This document shows, piece by piece, positions 60,772 through 64,000 of a stretch of 64,000 bases of DNA. Below the pieces are notes generated by a model, which saw only the letters and a list, made by a program, of their open reading frames with translations, did not search any database and was not told where the DNA came from. The translations under genes were made by a program, and so were the position numbers. Position 1 is the stretch's first letter. Each line of letters starts with the position of its first letter. The stretch spans positions 252,667 to 316,666 of the forward strand of contig JAEHCO010000002.1 in the NCBI GenBank assembly GCA_020697715.1, given 5' to 3'. The DNA comes from Methanobacteriota archaeon (GTDB lineage: Archaea > Thermoplasmatota > Thermoplasmata > SG8-5 > JAGLSY01).

Positions 60772-61116
60772 ATGAAACATGTTCATTACACAGACATCGA
60801 GGAAAAGGAAGTGCATATGGAAGGAGTTAAGGATACTACCATACGCTGGCTGATAAGCAAGGATGATAATTCACCCAACTTCGCGATGAGAATGTTCACC
60901 ATGGGGCCAGGAGGTCACACACCCTATCATAAACATGACTGGGAGCACGAGGTTTTCGTTGTTGAAGGCGAGGGGAAGTTCGTCACCGAAAAAGGTGAGG
61001 AGCCACTCAAGGCAGGCGATGTCCTGCTGGTACCACCCAATGACATGCACCAGTTCAAGAACGGGCCAACAGGCACAATGAAATTCCTGTGCCTGGTACC
61101 CAATGATTCCTATTAA
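60772..61116 (+). CDS. Cupin domain protein
   Basis: PGGHTPYHKHDWEHEVFV...HQF; GGAGG RBS. Confidence 0.9.
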   Translation: MKHVHYTDIEEKEVHMEGVKDTTIRWLISKDDNSPNFAMRMFTMGPGGHTPYHKHDWEHEVFVVEGEGKFVTEKGEEPLKAGDVLLVPPNDMHQFKNGPTGTMKFLCLVPNDSY

Positions 61117-61209
61117 GGTCTATAAAATCGATAAGATCGATAAGATTGGATAATGGAGCGACAGAATGGCAAGGTATGACTTAGTGTTCACCAAATCTCA
61201 GGTGATCAA

Positions 61210-62937
61210 ATGAGCAGATACGATCTGGTGCTGGTACATGCACCCAGCATATACGATTTCCGCAAGGACGGAATTCTATTCGGACCAGTATCAGATGTCA
61301 TTCCATCCACCCCTGTATTTGAAATGTATCCAATTGGCTTTCTGACGATGGCCAGCATGCTGTCAAAACACGGATACAAGGTGCGAGTTCTCAATCTCGC
61401 GGCCCTGATGCTGAAAGATAAAAAGTTAGATGTAGAGAAATTACTGGCAGGCATTGATTCGCGTGTTTTCGGAGTAGATCTTCACTGGATGCCACATGCT
61501 CATGGGTCCATCGAGATCGCTGGCATAATAAAGGAAAAACATCCCAATTCTCGATTGTTATTTGGTGGCTTCAGCTCCACATATTTCTGGAAGGACATGA
61601 TGGAAGATCATGCTTTCATCGACGATATCCTCCTGGGTGATTCCACTGAAAAGCCATTACTGGATTATTTCCGAGCATTGGATAGAGCCAGTGATGCCGG
61701 TAAGAGGCCGGAGCTGGGCAAGATACAGAACCTCGCCCATCGCGCTCCAGATGGCAGGGTCGTCAATAATGGATTGACCTATGTGCCTGATACTCTGGAT
61801 GAGGTGGAATTCGATTATGGCTGGATGGTCAAGAGCGTGATAAAGAGCATGGACCTGGATGGACATTTGCCTTATCTGGATTGGAAGAGAAGGCCAATGG
61901 GGCTGGTCAGCACAGTGCGCGGCTGTGTGTTCCAATGTGTCACCTGCATGGGCGCTTGCGATTCCTTTGTCAAGAACTTTGGTAGGGAGAAGCCAGCATA
62001 TCGTTCACCAGCCAAAGTCCTTGAGGACATTCAGCAGGTGGATAGTTATCTACGAGGCACGATATTCCTGCTGGGGGATATTCAACAACCTGGCAAAAAA
62101 TATTATAGCCAGTTACTGAAATTGCTCAAGGATAATCCTCCACGTAATGATGTCGCCATCGAGTTCTTTTCACCACCTTCCAGCGACCTGGTGAGCCAGA
62201 TCGGCAGGACCTTTGATAGTTTTGACACCCAGATATCCCCGGATACGCATGATGAGGAGGTGAGAAAGGCACAGGGACGGTACTATACCAACCAGTCCCT
62301 TGAAAGATCCATACATGGCTTGGTGGAAGCAGGCGCGAATCGTGTGGATGTCTTCTACATGATAGGCCTTCCTAAGCAAGATCGCCAGTCTGTACTGGAT
62401 ACCGTGAAATACTCGGAAAAATTACTTAAGGACCATAGCAAAACAGGAAAGGTCTCGCCTTTCATCGCACCCCTGGCTCCCTTCATCGATCCTGGAAGCA
62501 TCGCATTCAATCATCCCGAAAAGGTCGGGTATAAGATATTCACTCGAACCCTGAAGGAACACAGGGACCAGCTTCTCCAACCTACCTGGAAGCACGTGCT
62601 CAATTATGAAACAAAATGGCTGGATAGGGATGGCATCGTGGATGTGACTTATGAATCCGGGCTTAAGATGAGCGAGGCAAAATTAGAGGCTGGCCTTATC
62701 ACAACAGAATCTGCCGACGCTGTCAAGGAGCGCACAAAGATAGCGAAGAAGATAATCCAGACCATGGACGAGGCCATAAAGACCAATACCGTGAAAGAGG
62801 CAAAGACAAGGATAAAGGATGACCTTGTCTCGATAAGCGAATCATCCACCATGGATAAGAGGGAATTGGATTGGAGCAGTAAGTCCTTCTATTGGAGCAT
62901 ACCTCGATCATTATCATCCATCCTGTTGGGCAAGTGA
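61210..62937 (+). CDS. B12-binding radical SAM protein (TIGR04190-like)
   Basis: HAPSIYDFR, FEMYPIGF, DLHWMPH, RGCVFQCVTC and PLAPFIDPGS motifs. Confidence 0.85.
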   Translation: MSRYDLVLVHAPSIYDFRKDGILFGPVSDVIPSTPVFEMYPIGFLTMASMLSKHGYKVRVLNLAALMLKDKKLDVEKLLAGIDSRVFGVDLHWMPHAHGSIEIAGIIKEKHPNSRLLFGGFSSTYFWKDMMEDHAFIDDILLGDSTEKPLLDYFRALDRASDAGKRPELGKIQNLAHRAPDGRVVNNGLTYVPDTLDEVEFDYGWMVKSVIKSMDLDGHLPYLDWKRRPMGLVSTVRGCVFQCVTCMGACDSFVKNFGREKPAYRSPAKVLEDIQQVDSYLRGTIFLLGDIQQPGKKYYSQLLKLLKDNPPRNDVAIEFFSPPSSDLVSQIGRTFDSFDTQISPDTHDEEVRKAQGRYYTNQSLERSIHGLVEAGANRVDVFYMIGLPKQDRQSVLDTVKYSEKLLKDHSKTGKVSPFIAPLAPFIDPGSIAFNHPEKVGYKIFTRTLKEHRDQLLQPTWKHVLNYETKWLDRDGIVDVTYESGLKMSEAKLEAGLITTESADAVKERTKIAKKIIQTMDEAIKTNTVKEAKTRIKDDLVSISESSTMDKRELDWSSKSFYWSIPRSLSSILLGK

Positions 62938-63173
62938 AATGAACTTTCTTCGTAATCTTCAAATTTATGGGTTCAGCCCTTAGCCAGATGTCCCAATTTA
63001 TTAAATACAACACATCGGTAAGTAATTATACTAGTTCATATGTACTAAGCTTAAGTAAAGACATGTAAATTAACAACATTATCATCTTATAGTTCACTCT
63101 AAATTTGTATTGTATCTTAATTTTCAAGACTTTATTAAACTTCAGAACCACAGCTTCTGAGGAGGTGAAAACA

Positions 63174-63365
63174 GTGGAAGGCACAGTAAAATGGTATAAC
63201 CGAATGAAGAACTTCGGATTTATCGAGGTAGAGGGCCAGAAGGATGTATTCGTACACAAAGAGGCTCTGCCAGAAGGCGTGGTCTTGAATGAAGGCGACT
63301 CAGTCGAATTCGAGATCGAGGACACCGAGAAGGGACCTCAGGCAAAAGATGTGAAGGTGGTTTAA
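63174..63365 (+). CDS. Cold-shock domain protein
   Basis: GTG start after GGAGGTGA; GTVKWYN..KNFGFI..DVFVH..KGPQA. Confidence 0.93.
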   Translation: MEGTVKWYNRMKNFGFIEVEGQKDVFVHKEALPEGVVLNEGDSVEFEIEDTEKGPQAKDVKVV

Positions 63366-63440
63366 GCAATTAAACATCTTTCAGATCTATTACTTTTTTT
63401 AATTTTTTCTTTCATTTTTAACTCGAATAGCCACAGGTAT

Positions 63441-63565
63441 GGAGATCCACAGGTCTCTCGGAGATCCACAGGTCTCTTGGAGATCCATAGGTCTCTCGGA
63501 GATCCATAGGTCTCTCGGAGATCCATAGGTCTCTTGGAGATCCATAGGTCTCTCGGAGATCCATA
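63441..63565. repeat. 19-bp tandem repeat (about 6.5 copies), no spacers
   Basis: GGAGATCCAYAGGTCTCTY units at 63441, 63460, 63479, 63498, 63517, 63536 and a partial at 63555. Confidence 0.92.
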
Positions 63566-63603
63566 TATGGTCTCATAGCTTCTGATCGAAATGTGACTGT
63601 TAT

Positions 63604-64000
63604 TTAAGGTTGATTAGGCGGTGGTGGTGGTAGTGGTCGATCAGGTGGTTGTTGATATTGTACTGGCTGATGGAGAAGTGGGGGTTGTTTACGCTTTTTA
63701 ATTACGATCATTGCGACTACTCCGACCAAAGAAATTATGACTATTATGACCACAATTAGTATCATTACATTATTCTCAACTTTTGGAAATGCATCAGAAT
63801 TATCTCCAATTCCGTCTCCATCGTAATCTACCTGTTCAGTTTCATCTTCAGGGAACGCATCAGAATTATCTCCAACTCCATCATCATCAGAATCTTCCCA
63901 TTCAGTATCATCTTCAGGGAATTCATCAGAATTATCTCCAACTCCATCATCATCAGAATCTTCCCATTCAGTATCATCTTCAGGGAATTCATCAGAATTA
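63604..64000 (-). CDS. C-terminal part of a membrane-anchored protein with thrombospondin type-3-like Ca-binding repeats
   Basis: Manual translation: NSDEFPEDDTEWEDSDDDGVGD x2, a related third copy, then a TM helix, KKRK and a Pro-rich tail, ending TAA at 63604. Confidence 0.85.
   Translation of the reverse strand, partial: NSDEFPEDDTEWEDSDDDGVGDNSDEFPEDDTEWEDSDDDGVGDNSDAFPEDETEQVDYDGDGIGDNSDAFPKVENNVMILIVVIIVIISLVGVVAMIVIKKRKQPPLLHQPVQYQQPPDRPLPPPPPNQP

Noticed and set aside
63441-63565. CRISPR array
   Set aside because: Units are contiguous 19-mers with no unique spacers, and no cas genes are present.

Overview
Archaeal chromosomal window, most consistent with an uncultured Thermoplasmata lineage. 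Support: archaeal ribB/ribL/ribC/ribH, rpl18a-pfdA-ftsY, dnaG next to a protease-less Lon-type AAA+, GGAGG/GGTGA ribosome-binding sites and TATA boxes. It is mostly housekeeping: pyruvate carboxylase with biotin ligase, riboflavin/FAD synthesis, a MoxR-DUF58-DUF4129 operon, eukaryote-type LKR plus saccharopine dehydrogenase, LipS2-LplA-LplB lipoylation, RtcA, AhcY/MtnX/PfkB and a cold-shock protein. The most striking unexplained signal is that all three tRNA genes (Arg-TCT, Leu-CAG, Gly-TCC) are followed by small (~90-150 bp) structured non-coding units. Each unit opens with an inverted copy of the tRNA T-arm (GGATTCGA) and closes with a direct copy of that tRNA's own 3' end. At tRNA-Leu three units form an array, and two of them show compensatory base-pair changes. 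No integrase is present in the window. Also notable: a C-terminally truncated FtsZ homolog downstream of two ribbon-helix-helix genes with repeated TGTCATAC-like boxes, unannotated small ORFs, and a uORF that mimics the N-terminus of the downstream radical SAM gene. All assignments come from motif recognition by eye; no database searches were run.
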